From contig JACPBN010000007.1 of NCBI GenBank assembly GCA_016180275.1, positions 1-42,342 on the forward strand: a stretch of 42,342 nucleotides of DNA. The letters run 5' to 3'. Shown piece by piece: positions 7,378 through 18,006 of this stretch. How positions within the stretch are numbered: the stretch's first letter is position 1; each line of letters opens with the position of its first letter. The position numbers were made by a program, and so were the translations under genes. The notes below the pieces were generated by a model. The model ran no database searches. It was not told the origin of the DNA and saw only the letters and a program-made list of their open reading frames with translations. The DNA is from Candidatus Woesearchaeota archaeon (lineage in GTDB: Archaea; Nanobdellota; Nanobdellia; Woesearchaeales; UBA10200).

Positions 7378-9105
7378 TCACTTTAAGCAATTCTTTACAA
7401 ACTCAAGATACAACGGCTCTGGGTTTAATGGCCTAGATAAAAATTCCGGATGAAATTGGCAGCCGATAAAATATTTTAATTTAGGCAGCTCAAGTATCTG
7501 CATGATATTATATTTTGGATGCTTGCCGGAAAATACCATTCCGTTCTTTTCCAGTAATGGGATGAAATCTGGGTTTACTTCATATCTATGACGGAAACGT
7601 TCTCTTATTTTTGTTTTATTTCCGTAGATTGCAAATGCTTTTGTGCCTTTCTTTATCTCAACTTCCCTGCCGCCCAGGCGCATATTGCCGCCAAGGCCTT
7701 CGATCTTTTTCTGCTCAGGAAGAATATCTATCACATGATTCTTGCATGTAGTCTCTACCTCTGTAGTATGCGCATCCTTTAATCCGCAGACATTTCTCGC
7801 AAATTCAATGACTGCCATCTGGAAGCCATAACATAATCCTAAATAAGGCAGATTATTTTCTCTGGCAAACTTAACACAGGCAATCTTGCCATCTACACCG
7901 CGTTTGCCAAAGCCGCCTGGCACAATTATGCCAGAAACATCTTTTAATTCTTCTTTTACTGTTGTTTTTTTGTTTTCAATAGCATCAACATCAATCCATT
8001 TTATTCTAACATCAGCCTTTAGCCTACTGCCTGCATGTTCTAATGCAGCAATTATGCTGGCATAAGAATCCCGCAAACTTGTGTATTTGCCAGTAATGCC
8101 AACTGTAATCTGCTGCTTGTAATCCTTAATACCGGCAATAAATTCTCCCCATCTCTTGAATTCTGCAGCTTCAGCTTTTGGATTAAGCTTCTTCTTATCA
8201 TTCTTGTCAAAATGCAATATCTCTAAAACTTGTTCGTCTATCTTTGCTTCTTTCAACAGCCCAGGAATCAAATATACGCTATCAACATCATGCATGCTTA
8301 CAACTCTGCTCAATGGCACATTAGAAAACATGCTGACTTTCTCTTTTACTTTGTCAGTCACTTTATTTGCTGCTCTCAATGCAATTATGTCTGGCTGTAT
8401 TCCTTGCTCTAATAATCTTTTTATGCCAAGTTGAGCTGCCTTGCTTTTCTGCTCGCCTAAAGATTTTGGCTCAAGAACATAGCTTAATGCGACAAAGCAA
8501 ACATTATACTTGCCTTCTTCATATGCAAGCTCTCTCATGGCTTCAATGTAATGCTGATTCTCAATATCTCCAACTGTGCCGCCAATTTCAATTGCAATCA
8601 CATCTGCCTTTGATGATAATGCAAGATGTCTCAACTGGTTTTTAATCTCTCCTGTAACATGAGGGATAAACTGGACGTCTCTGCCAAGATAGCCGCCTTT
8701 TCTCTCTCGCTCTAAGATTCTTGTAAATATCTGGCCATTTGTTGTGAAATTTGATTTTGTAAGATTTAAGTCAAGAAATCTTTCATATGTTCCAAGGTCC
8801 ATGTCGCATTCCATACCGTCATCCAGCACAAAAACTTCACCATGGCGATATGGGTTTAATGTTCCTGAGTCAATGTTAAGGTAGCCTTCCAGTTTAATTG
8901 GCGCAATCTTCAGGCCTTTCATCTGAAGCAGTTTTGCTAAACTTGCTGAAAATATGCCTTTGCCTAACCCAGACATGACTGTGCCAAAGATAACTATGAA
9001 TTTTGTCTGGCCTAATTTATATCCTTTAGGGATAGGTGTATAGAATTCTGTCTCATCTGTCTTTGTTGCAATTGTCTTTAATAATTCCTGAGTGTCAGGA
9101 TCCAT
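7378..9105 (-). CDS. pyrG: CTP synthase
   Basis: SGLGKG, PYRHGEVFVLDDG.E.DMDLG.YERF, GGTVGDIE, GLCYGFQ, RHRYEVN, QFHPEF; GGAGGT RBS favours the start at 9105. Confidence 0.98.
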   Translation of the reverse strand: MDPDTQELLKTIATKTDETEFYTPIPKGYKLGQTKFIVIFGTVMSGLGKGIFSASLAKLLQMKGLKIAPIKLEGYLNIDSGTLNPYRHGEVFVLDDGMECDMDLGTYERFLDLNLTKSNFTTNGQIFTRILERERKGGYLGRDVQFIPHVTGEIKNQLRHLALSSKADVIAIEIGGTVGDIENQHYIEAMRELAYEEGKYNVCFVALSYVLEPKSLGEQKSKAAQLGIKRLLEQGIQPDIIALRAANKVTDKVKEKVSMFSNVPLSRVVSMHDVDSVYLIPGLLKEAKIDEQVLEILHFDKNDKKKLNPKAEAAEFKRWGEFIAGIKDYKQQITVGITGKYTSLRDSYASIIAALEHAGSRLKADVRIKWIDVDAIENKKTTVKEELKDVSGIIVPGGFGKRGVDGKIACVKFARENNLPYLGLCYGFQMAVIEFARNVCGLKDAHTTEVETTCKNHVIDILPEQKKIEGLGGNMRLGGREVEIKKGTKAFAIYGNKTKIRERFRHRYEVNPDFIPLLEKNGMVFSGKHPKYNIMQILELPKLKYFIGCQFHPEFLSRPLNPEPLYLEFVKNCLK

Positions 9106-9460
9106 TATAGCAACCTCCATACAAACAAGTTATTTTGCGATTGATGTATGTAAAAGAATTAAGAACCTGTGTTGCTGTTAAATAGCCTAATTTAATACTG
9201 CGCATAGATAAAGAAATAGGCGTTATTATATAAAGTTTGCGGTTTATAGACGAGAAAATGTCATTATGCAAACATTGATATTGTATGTGATGTGGCTTAT
9301 CCACTAAGATCTAGTTTTCAATTCATTAGAATATGCCAAACAGCAATATTTATAAACAAGCTGATTCTCATGCTGCATTAGCAGTGAGGGATTAACTTTT
9401 AGATTATTGCTTTAATCAGCTTATAGTCACAACTCAAGAGATAGGAGATGAGAAATAGAG

Positions 9461-11458
9461 ATGATAAGGTTATTAATTTATATCAGCTTGATTGCATTAT
9501 TGACTGGCTCTTTTATTCCGCTAATATCAGTGAAACATGCCAGAATAGTTAGGAAGTTTTCTTTATTTGCAGCTGTGATTGGCTCAATCGCTATGCTGGC
9601 ATTCTCATCTGCCATATTATATACAGGAAATGCACTAAGGATATTTCTTTTCCAGGTCCATCCGCTTTTTCAGATAGGGTTATTTATTGACAGGCTTGCT
9701 GCATTCTTTATGTTTACAATTGCAATCGTCGGGCTAGCTGTTGCAGTCTATTCATTAAGCTATATTGAGCATTATGAGTATAAGACAAGAAAGAATGTCC
9801 TTACTGGCCTTATGTCTATTTTCATTTTATCAATGGCGCTTGTGATAGCATCTGCAAACATGGCATCATTATTATTTTTCTGGGAGATCATGGCCTTATC
9901 ATCATTTATCTTAGTTTGCCTTGATTATGATAAGAAAGAAACAAGAAAAGCAGCATTATTTTATTTTGCAATGACGCAGCTGAGCACATTGTTCTTAGTC
10001 GCAGCGTTTGCGATAATATATAACATTACTGGCTCGCTGGAGATAACTCAAATGCAATCCCTATCATCAGGCCCGCAAATCACTCCTCTGTTATCAACCA
10101 TCCTATTCTTATGCATTTTCCTTGGCTTTGGGATAAAAGCAGGGATAATCCCATTCCATAAATGGCTTCCTTATGCGCATCCTGCTGCTCCTTCCAATAT
10201 CTCTGCACTTATGTCGGGGTTAATGATCAAGGTTGCAATTTACGGCCTTATAAGATTCATTATGTTTGTGCTTCCGGTAGCAAGCCTTTGGTGGGGAGTG
10301 CTTATATTAGTTGCAGGCACACTCTCTGCAATTTTAGGGGTCATCTATGCATTAAAGGAGCATGATATAAAGACTCTTCTTGCATACCATAGCATAGAAA
10401 ATATTGGGATAATCCTGATGGGATTTGGGCTGTATATAATCTTTTCATTGAATAATCTTACGCAATTGGCAATGCTAAGCCTGGCAAGCAGCTTGTTTCA
10501 CACCCTCAACCATGCATTGTTCAAAAGCATCTTATTCATGGCAGCTGGCTCTGTTGTAAATGCTACAGGAACAAAAAATATCGAGGAGCTTGGAGGCCTA
10601 ATTAAAAAGATGCCAACAACAGCTGTTCTTTTTTTGATAGGAGCCGTGTCAATTTCAGGATTGCCTCCGTTCAATGGATTTGTAAGCGAGCTTATGCTGT
10701 TTCAGGCATTTTTCAATGTGTATCTATTAGGAAGCTATTCTCTTCAGATGCTTCTTGTAGTATGTGTAGCTGTACTAGCCCTTACAAGCGCGCTTGCAGC
10801 TGCCTGCTTTGTAAAGGCATTTGGGATCATATTTCTGGCGCAGCCTCGCTCAAAAAAAGCGGAAGATGCTAAAGAAGCGCCTAGCTCAATGCTTCTTGGG
10901 CCAGGGATATTGGCAGCGTTATGCATCTTGCTTGGGGTGTTTTCATTTCAGATCTTTCAAGCAGTTTCAGGTATGTTTGGGATTCAGTTTTCTATACCAA
11001 ACCTTCTTGTAATTGGGATTCTGCTGATACTTACTTATATGCTTGCTTTGTTCTTTGCAGATTCAGGCAAGAAATCAAAACTAAAAAATATAAGAGAAAG
11101 CGAGACATGGGGATGTGGATATAAATTTCCTTTGAAACATATCCCAACAATACCAACAGAATATACTGCATCTGGATTCTCAGAGCCTATAGTAAATATC
11201 TTCAAAAAGTTCTATCTGCCAAAACGCAATCTTGAAAGGAATTATTATGACCAGGCACAGAGTGTATTCAAGGATGGCTTTGTTGAGATCAGCTTAATAA
11301 AATTTTTTGAAAAATACATGTACATGCCGGTTGCTGCAGGCGTTGATTTCGTCTCAAGAAAAATATCTAGATTGCAAAGCGCAGGCTTAGATGCGTATGT
11401 CTCATATTTATTTATTGCATGCCTTGGAATAATAATCCTGATGAGGTTTATCATATGA
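9461..11458 (+). CDS. hyfB: Hydrogenase-4/Ehr antiporter-like membrane subunit (HyfB/NuoL-like)
   Basis: FFWEIM, KAGIIPFHKWLPYAHPAAPS, LLAYHSIENIG, HALFKS, GLPPFNGFVSE, TWGCGY. Confidence 0.9.
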   Translation: MIRLLIYISLIALLTGSFIPLISVKHARIVRKFSLFAAVIGSIAMLAFSSAILYTGNALRIFLFQVHPLFQIGLFIDRLAAFFMFTIAIVGLAVAVYSLSYIEHYEYKTRKNVLTGLMSIFILSMALVIASANMASLLFFWEIMALSSFILVCLDYDKKETRKAALFYFAMTQLSTLFLVAAFAIIYNITGSLEITQMQSLSSGPQITPLLSTILFLCIFLGFGIKAGIIPFHKWLPYAHPAAPSNISALMSGLMIKVAIYGLIRFIMFVLPVASLWWGVLILVAGTLSAILGVIYALKEHDIKTLLAYHSIENIGIILMGFGLYIIFSLNNLTQLAMLSLASSLFHTLNHALFKSILFMAAGSVVNATGTKNIEELGGLIKKMPTTAVLFLIGAVSISGLPPFNGFVSELMLFQAFFNVYLLGSYSLQMLLVVCVAVLALTSALAAACFVKAFGIIFLAQPRSKKAEDAKEAPSSMLLGPGILAALCILLGVFSFQIFQAVSGMFGIQFSIPNLLVIGILLILTYMLALFFADSGKKSKLKNIRESETWGCGYKFPLKHIPTIPTEYTASGFSEPIVNIFKKFYLPKRNLERNYYDQAQSVFKDGFVEISLIKFFEKYMYMPVAAGVDFVSRKISRLQSAGLDAYVSYLFIACLGIIILMRFII

Positions 11459-12564
11459 CTGCCATACTACAAAATTTTATGCAGGGTTCAGTTCAGAAAT
11501 TTCTGCGAGAATCATTGCCCATATTAGCTATGATAGGTTATGCTGCTTTGAATACCTTCTTTGTGATCCTTATCTCCCCATTTTTTATGGGAGTTATAAA
11601 AAAAGCTAAGGCTTTATGCCAAAGAAGAAAAGGCCAGCCTGTTCTTCAGCAATATTATAATTTGCTTAAGCTTTTTAAGAAAGAAACTGTTGTCTCGCAT
11701 AATTCTTCATGGATAATGCTAAAAGCGCCTTATATAAACATAGCTGTTATCATAGTTGCATCATTGTTTGTCCCTGTCTTGTTTTCATACAATAATACTT
11801 TTTCATTTTATGCTGATCATACTACTGATAATAATACATCAAACTATACTAACCCTAATAATGCATCAAATTCTCCAATCTTCGGAAACATACTTTTATT
11901 TTTATACTTGCTTGCATTGGGAAAATTCTTCATGGCGCTTTCTGGATTAGATGCAGGCAGCGCTTTTGGTGGTATGGGGAGCTCAAGAGAGATGTCATTA
12001 TCTGCCATACTTGAGCCAATAACATTCTTGATCCTGCTGGCATTTGCATTTGTATTTAAGACTACCAATTTCTTTGAGATATTTACACTGACATCCACAA
12101 CAGGCATAGTGTTGGCAAACCCTGCGCTTATACTATTAGCAGCGTCATTGTTTGTAGTGCTCATAGCGGAAACTGCGAGAGTGCCAGTTGATAATCCTGA
12201 AACGCATCTTGAGCTAACGATGATACATGAAGCCATGATTCTTGAGCAGTCTGGAAAGAATCTTGCGCTTATGGAAGCTTCACATGCGATAAAGCAGACG
12301 CTTTTTATGGCAGTATTCATCAATATATTTGTTCCGTTTGGATATATAGGGAATACTGGAAATATAGGAAATTCTGCAGCAATAACTTTTGTCAGCATCA
12401 TGATTGCAATGCTTTGGTTTTCTCTAAAAGGCACAATATTAGCTGTGGCAATAGCATTGTTTGAATCATCAACAGCAAAACTAAGGCTGTTTAAGGTGCC
12501 AGAGCTGTTTATGATCTCATTCTTCCTTGCATTCCTTACGATCATAATTGAGGTGTTCAGATGA
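11455..12564 (+). CDS. hyfC: HyfC/HycD (NuoH-like) membrane subunit
   Basis: GLDAGSAFGGMGSSRE, RVPVDNPETHLELTMIHEAMILE; ATGA overlap with the hyfB stop. Confidence 0.9.
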   Translation: MTAILQNFMQGSVQKFLRESLPILAMIGYAALNTFFVILISPFFMGVIKKAKALCQRRKGQPVLQQYYNLLKLFKKETVVSHNSSWIMLKAPYINIAVIIVASLFVPVLFSYNNTFSFYADHTTDNNTSNYTNPNNASNSPIFGNILLFLYLLALGKFFMALSGLDAGSAFGGMGSSREMSLSAILEPITFLILLAFAFVFKTTNFFEIFTLTSTTGIVLANPALILLAASLFVVLIAETARVPVDNPETHLELTMIHEAMILEQSGKNLALMEASHAIKQTLFMAVFINIFVPFGYIGNTGNIGNSAAITFVSIMIAMLWFSLKGTILAVAIALFESSTAKLRLFKVPELFMISFFLAFLTIIIEVFR

Positions 12565-13397
12565 TGCTAACTGCAATATTATCAGGACTATCAGAGACAC
12601 CTGAATTCTCTTCCTTTTCCTCATCTATTTCTTCACTCCCGTCTGCACTTTCTTCTTCACTTTCTTATCCTTTAGAGCAGGTAGAAAAAGTGCTGCCAGC
12701 AGACATCCAGATCTCAGTTGACATAATCAAGATATTTTTGGTATTGATAATTTTAACTGCAGCATTTATCACTGTAAGAAGAGACCTTATCTCAATGATT
12801 AATATCTATAGTATCCAGTCTTTTCTCATAGTAATTGTCTCCCTGGCAATTTATTATTCAGAAAAACACCCAACATTAATCTATATTGCGCTCATAACTC
12901 TTGTAAGCAAAGTTATTGCGGTGCCTTTTATAATAAAAAGAGTCTCAAAAGACCTGAAGATAAAGCGCGATGTTGAATTCCATTATCTTACACCTACAAG
13001 CACTATATTTGTGAGCATATTGATCCTATTCTTCATGTATGGGGCATTTTCTGATCTTGGGCTTGAGCCTGTGCATCCATTAAGCAGGATCTTTACACTA
13101 GCTGCGACTTTGTCAATCTCCCTTGTGTTTATGGGAATGATCATAATATTTACAAGAAAACAGACAATCACAGATGTAATAGGCTATCTTACAATGGAAA
13201 ACGGAGTAGTATTGTTCAGCCTTTTTGTTGCAGAGCTGCCGATGGTTATAGAAGTCATGATATTGCTTGATCTTGTCATGCTTATACTATTGCTTGTGTT
13301 GCTTGGGTTTGGAATAGATTCAAGCATTGAAGAGTTCCATGCTAAGCTTGATCCATTCAGAAAACTGCTTGGAAAAGAAGGAGAGGAACAAGAATGA
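12561..13397 (+). CDS. hyfE: HyfE-like membrane subunit
   Basis: IGYLTMENGV motif, multi-TM, operon position. Confidence 0.85.
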   Translation: MMLTAILSGLSETPEFSSFSSSISSLPSALSSSLSYPLEQVEKVLPADIQISVDIIKIFLVLIILTAAFITVRRDLISMINIYSIQSFLIVIVSLAIYYSEKHPTLIYIALITLVSKVIAVPFIIKRVSKDLKIKRDVEFHYLTPTSTIFVSILILFFMYGAFSDLGLEPVHPLSRIFTLAATLSISLVFMGMIIIFTRKQTITDVIGYLTMENGVVLFSLFVAELPMVIEVMILLDLVMLILLLVLLGFGIDSSIEEFHAKLDPFRKLLGKEGEEQE

Positions 13398-13503
13398 GCA
13401 TTGGGGAAATAATATTATTGAAACTAATAATGAAAACTAAGAAAAACAGCAGGAATAGGAATAATGATTGGCCATGTATTTGGATTAATGGAGTTGAATT
13501 AGG

Positions 13504-15015
13504 ATGATGCTTTTAATTTATGTGCTAATAGGGCTAGCTGCACTGGCATTCATTATAATGTCGCGATCGTATAAGCTTATGAACTTCTTTTCACTCTTGC
13601 ATTCAGGCTCTTATATGGTGCTTGGATTGTATATCTTATCATTCAAGCAGCTGCCGATATATTACACCTCAAAAAATTATTTTTTCATGGATAATTTTGG
13701 TTTGTATCAGGCAACCATCGCTTCTTTAATATTTTTTCTCGCATCGCTTTATCTGGATGGATATATTTGGAGCCTTATCAGGCTGAAAGAGCTTAACCCG
13801 AAAAATATCAAGCTGTTTTATGCAGCAATGAATCTTTTATTGATAGCTACCATATTAGCATTCTTTTCAAATAATCTTGCCGTGTTCTGGATAGCTTTGG
13901 AATCAACCACTTTATTTGCTGCAGTGCTTATAGTAATACTTAATGCAAAGGAGAATATTGAAGCTGCGCTTAATTACCTGTTTGTAGCTTCCCCTGCAAT
14001 GCTGTTCTCATTCATTGGGCTAATATTATTATATTCAGCTACCCAAGCTTCATTAAAAGGCACACTTGACTGGAATGTGTTAATAGAGAGCACAAAGAAT
14101 ACTGCAGCATCATCTTTATCTTCTTTACCAGGTCCATCATCGGCATATCTATTATCGCCAAAACTGCTTTCTGCTGCATTTATATTTATTTTCATCGGAT
14201 TTGCATCAAAATCTGGGATTGTCCCATTCCATGCATGGCTCCCAAGCGCATATGCAAAAGCGCCTTCTCCAGTGAGCGTTGTGCTGTCGGCAGTTGTAAG
14301 CAGCATAAGCATTTATGGCATCATAAGGGTATTTTCCCTTTTAGTGCATAGCCCTGCAGTTAATTCAATCTCATGGTTTCTTATCGTATTTGGGGTTATC
14401 ACCATTGCAGTAGCAAGCTTTAACATGGTCAGAAAAACAAATGTAAAAAGAATCATTGCATTCTCAAGCATTGAGCATATGGGGATAATATTAGTAGGCA
14501 TAGGGATTGCCACAAGAGCTTCTATCTACTGGACAATTTTTTATATGCTTGTCCATTCTCTCATCAAGGCGCTTTTATTCTTTTCAGCAGGCGTAATCAA
14601 CAGCCAGTATGGAAGCAATGACATAAACTCTATAAAAGACCTTATAAAGCTGCAGCCATTGGCATCATTAGGATTAATCATCGGAAGCATTGCAATTATA
14701 GGCATGCCGCCATTTGCGCTTTTCCTGCCTAAACTGATGATCTTTATTGAAGCAAGCAAGTTCTCTCTGGGATTATTTTTTATAATAATTATGCTGGTGC
14801 TTGTTGCCATCTGCGCATTTGGCATGTTCATGACACAATTATTTTCATCTGTGTCTGAAAGCAATGCCCAGGAAAAGATAGAGAGATACATAATGCCTGT
14901 AGAGATGAAGCTGCCCATCATCATCCTGGTAGTATTAATCTTAGTCCTTGGATTAGTTATTCCGCAGGAAATTCAGCAAGTATTGAATAATATAGTCGGT
15001 GAGCTTGGATTATGA
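13504..15015 (+). CDS. hyfF: HyfF-like antiporter subunit
   Basis: WIALESTTL, KSGIVPFHAWLPSAY..APSPVS, SSIEHMG, HSLIKALLF, GMPPF. Confidence 0.88.
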   Translation: MMLLIYVLIGLAALAFIIMSRSYKLMNFFSLLHSGSYMVLGLYILSFKQLPIYYTSKNYFFMDNFGLYQATIASLIFFLASLYLDGYIWSLIRLKELNPKNIKLFYAAMNLLLIATILAFFSNNLAVFWIALESTTLFAAVLIVILNAKENIEAALNYLFVASPAMLFSFIGLILLYSATQASLKGTLDWNVLIESTKNTAASSLSSLPGPSSAYLLSPKLLSAAFIFIFIGFASKSGIVPFHAWLPSAYAKAPSPVSVVLSAVVSSISIYGIIRVFSLLVHSPAVNSISWFLIVFGVITIAVASFNMVRKTNVKRIIAFSSIEHMGIILVGIGIATRASIYWTIFYMLVHSLIKALLFFSAGVINSQYGSNDINSIKDLIKLQPLASLGLIIGSIAIIGMPPFALFLPKLMIFIEASKFSLGLFFIIIMLVLVAICAFGMFMTQLFSSVSESNAQEKIERYIMPVEMKLPIIILVVLILVLGLVIPQEIQQVLNNIVGELGL

Positions 15016-15082
15016 ATGACATAATTTGAAATTAGATAAAAAATTTATATAAAATTTAAACTATATTATAAAATGGTATAAA

Positions 15083-16690
15083 ATGAATGCATTCACGCAT
15101 AAACTGGAAGAGATATTTGGAAATAAAGTAACTGTGCTTGAAATGTCTGGGGGCTGCAATAATGAGGTATTCATAAGAGTAAAAGAAGATGATGTTGAGA
15201 AAGCAGCATCAATGCTCTCAAAAGCAGACTTTGTCTTAATTGCAATGTTCTGCGAAGAAGGATTTCAGAATAAAGGGAAGTTCAGCATATTCTATGTTTT
15301 TGAAAAAAAGAGCTACAACAAAATTTTGGTTTTAGTTCGTGACATAAGCTCAAATAATATTAGCTCAGTTACGGGTATATTTCCAGCAGCATTCTGGTAT
15401 GAAAGGGAGATAATGGATGGATTTGGAATAAACTTTAATGGCAATCCTGACAAAAGAAGATTGTTTTTGCATGAGTGGTACCAGAATGAGTTTCATCCAT
15501 TGCTTAAGTCATTTAAAAACAGAAAGATTGAGAATATCGGGCCTAGAAAAATTGAGTTCAAGAAAGAAATGGAAGAAAACACAGGCAATGATTATGAATT
15601 TAAAGAGATGAAAGGTGATGGTGTTTATCAAATTCCTGTAGGGCCAATACACGCAGGCATAATAGAGCCAGGGCATTTTAGGTTCAGCGTTATTGGTGAA
15701 GTGATATACAATCTTGAGATAAGGATGTTCTACAAACATAGGGGAATAGAAAAATTTGCAGAAGAGAAGAAAGCTGAAGATGCTATTGCGATTGCAGAAT
15801 CAATAAGCGGAGATGAAAGTGTTGCAAACAGCACAGCATTCTGCACTGCTGTTGAAAAGATATATATGGCTGATGTGCCAAAAAGAGCTCTTCACTTAAG
15901 GACAATACTTTTGGAGCTGGAAAGGATCTATTCGCACTTGGGAGACTTAGCAGGCATGATAATTGATGTTGGATTTCCTGCAGGAGCAAGCCAGTTTTTT
16001 ATATTAAGGGAGGAAATATTAAGGATGAACAACAAGCTCACTGGCTCGCGTTTTATGAAAAATATATTAACTATAGGCGGCCTGAAAAAAGAAGTGAAAA
16101 ATGATGCTCTTATACGGGCTAATCATTATTTTAACAAATTTCTTGGTGAGTTCCATAAGGCAGTCAAAGTTGTCCATACAACTGCATCTGTAATCGACAG
16201 GCTTGAGACAACAGGCATAATAAGAAAAGACCTGATAAAATGCTTGAACATAACTGGGCCAGCAGCAAGAGGTTCAGGAGCAGCAATAGACACAAGAATT
16301 GATCACCCTTATGGGATTTATGGAAAGATAATGCAAGCTCCTAAAATAAGGTATGCTGGAGATGTACTATCAAGATTTGAAGTCAAGACAGAGGAGACGA
16401 TTGAATCTGTCAAAATGATACAGAATCTGATCAACACAGTTCCAGAAGGGAATGTAAATGCAGAGTATACTCCTAAAGACGGGTTTGGGTTGTGCATTCT
16501 TGAAGCGCCGAGAGGACAGAGCATACATTGGGTGGATATAAAAGACGGTAAAATTTATAGATATAAGATAAGAACAGCATCTTTCTGCAATTGGCAGGCA
16601 ATAGAGCATGCAGTATTAGGAAATATTGTGCCTGATTTTCCGCTTATCAATAAAAGCCTGAATCTGTCATATGCAGGGACTGATTTGTAA
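15083..16690 (+). CDS. hyfG: Ehr-type large subunit (HyfG/HycE, NuoC-D fusion) lacking NiFe CxxC motifs
   Basis: WYEREI.D.FGI, GPIHAGIIEPGHFRF, ELERIYSHL, EAPRG; AESISGD and DFPLINKSLNLSY occupy the L1/L2 CxxC positions. Confidence 0.88.
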   Translation: MNAFTHKLEEIFGNKVTVLEMSGGCNNEVFIRVKEDDVEKAASMLSKADFVLIAMFCEEGFQNKGKFSIFYVFEKKSYNKILVLVRDISSNNISSVTGIFPAAFWYEREIMDGFGINFNGNPDKRRLFLHEWYQNEFHPLLKSFKNRKIENIGPRKIEFKKEMEENTGNDYEFKEMKGDGVYQIPVGPIHAGIIEPGHFRFSVIGEVIYNLEIRMFYKHRGIEKFAEEKKAEDAIAIAESISGDESVANSTAFCTAVEKIYMADVPKRALHLRTILLELERIYSHLGDLAGMIIDVGFPAGASQFFILREEILRMNNKLTGSRFMKNILTIGGLKKEVKNDALIRANHYFNKFLGEFHKAVKVVHTTASVIDRLETTGIIRKDLIKCLNITGPAARGSGAAIDTRIDHPYGIYGKIMQAPKIRYAGDVLSRFEVKTEETIESVKMIQNLINTVPEGNVNAEYTPKDGFGLCILEAPRGQSIHWVDIKDGKIYRYKIRTASFCNWQAIEHAVLGNIVPDFPLINKSLNLSYAGTDL

Positions 16691-16829
16691 GAGAATATTT
16701 GAAAGTAATCAACAGCAAGATATTAAAATGGGAAGTTGATAAGGATATGATTAAGCTTAAGGGTAAGCTAGAGATAGGCGATGGGATAAATAAAATAATT
16801 GCAAAACTTGCGGAGGTTAATGAACTAAA

Positions 16830-17201
16830 ATGAAAAAAATGACACTATCAGAAACAAGCATATTCCAGCACATCAAACAACTCATAACTAATGCAAGAAA
16901 TAATGTCGCAATTGCAATAAATTCAGAATTATCCTTATTATACTGGCAGATTGGAAAGAAGATAAAAACAGATATCTTGAAAGACAAAAGGGCAGAATAT
17001 GGAGAGAAAATAATAGAGGATTTGTCCAAGAGATTGACTTTTGAATATGGCAGAGGATGGAGTGAAAAACAGCTGAGGCATTGTCTCCGCACTGCGGAGA
17101 CTTTTCCGGATGAAGAGATTTTCTCTGCGCTGCGGAGAGAATTGACTTGGACTCATATTAAAGCATTAATGTATATTGACGATCCGTTAAAAGAAGATTA
17201 A
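16830..17201 (+). pseudogene. Truncated DUF1016/YhcG N-terminal domain
   Basis: NSELSLLYWQIG, RAEYGEKIIEDLS..LT.EYGRGWS, LTWTH; ends before the PD-(D/E)xK nuclease domain. Confidence 0.8.
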
Positions 17202-17219
17202 AATAAAGAAGGGACCAAA

Positions 17220-17756
17220 ATGGAAGCAATATTAAACATATTCAGGAAAAAGCCAACTGAAAATTTTATGATGCATGGCAAAGAGCAGAAAGAGACTGAA
17301 AAGATCAGCATAGAGCTCAAGAAACACATTGACACCATATTCGGAAGAAGCCTTGCAATAAGAGAGGTTGATTCCGGAAGTGATAATTCAACAGAGATAG
17401 AATTAGTCAACCTGACAACTCCTCATTATGATATTGAAAGATTTGGTATCAGTTTTGTAGCTTCTCCAAGGCATGCAGACGCCATGATCGTAACAGGGGC
17501 AGTAACCCACAATATGGAATTTGCCTTAAGAAAAGCCTATGATGCAATGCCTGCGCCAAAGCTTGTGATTGCAGTTGGCAATGATGCATGCAACGGAGGA
17601 ATATTCAGGGAAGGTTATGCAGTCAATAATGGAGTTGAAGAGATATTGCCAGTTGATATGAAAATACCTGGCAATCCGCCAACGCCAAAAGAGATCCTTC
17701 TTGGGCTGCTAGCACTGATGAAAAAGATAAGGCATGAGAGAGAAAAAGGCAAATGA
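17220..17756 (+). CDS. hyfI: Ehr-type small subunit (HyfI/HycG/NuoB-like) with canonical Fe-S cysteines replaced
   Basis: FGRSLAIREVDSGS, YDIERFGISFVASPRHAD..VTGAVT, P.PKLVIAVG, PVD.KIPG.PPTP. Confidence 0.88.
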   Translation: MEAILNIFRKKPTENFMMHGKEQKETEKISIELKKHIDTIFGRSLAIREVDSGSDNSTEIELVNLTTPHYDIERFGISFVASPRHADAMIVTGAVTHNMEFALRKAYDAMPAPKLVIAVGNDACNGGIFREGYAVNNGVEEILPVDMKIPGNPPTPKEILLGLLALMKKIRHEREKGK

Positions 17757-18006
17757 ATCTGATTCTATTAAATTTTTCTAGATATTCTTAACAATGTTTA
17801 GTCTCATAATTGGTTTACATTTTCTTTAGTTTATAAACAACTTTTTATTAGGTCATTAAATTATGAATAAAGAGGCGGTTATTATGCCAAAACTTAATGA
17901 AAAAAAACAGACTATAAAACTCCTGAAGAAGTATATCAACAAAATCTGTGAACTAATTTCGGAATTATACCCTCAATTGATGTAAAATAGCCATTATATG
18001 ATTTAA

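Noticed and set aside
9378-9440. Fluoride riboswitch upstream of the hyf-like operon
   Set aside because: Only a weak GCAGTGAG...ATTGC resemblance; the conserved GCTRATGAC 3' motif is absent
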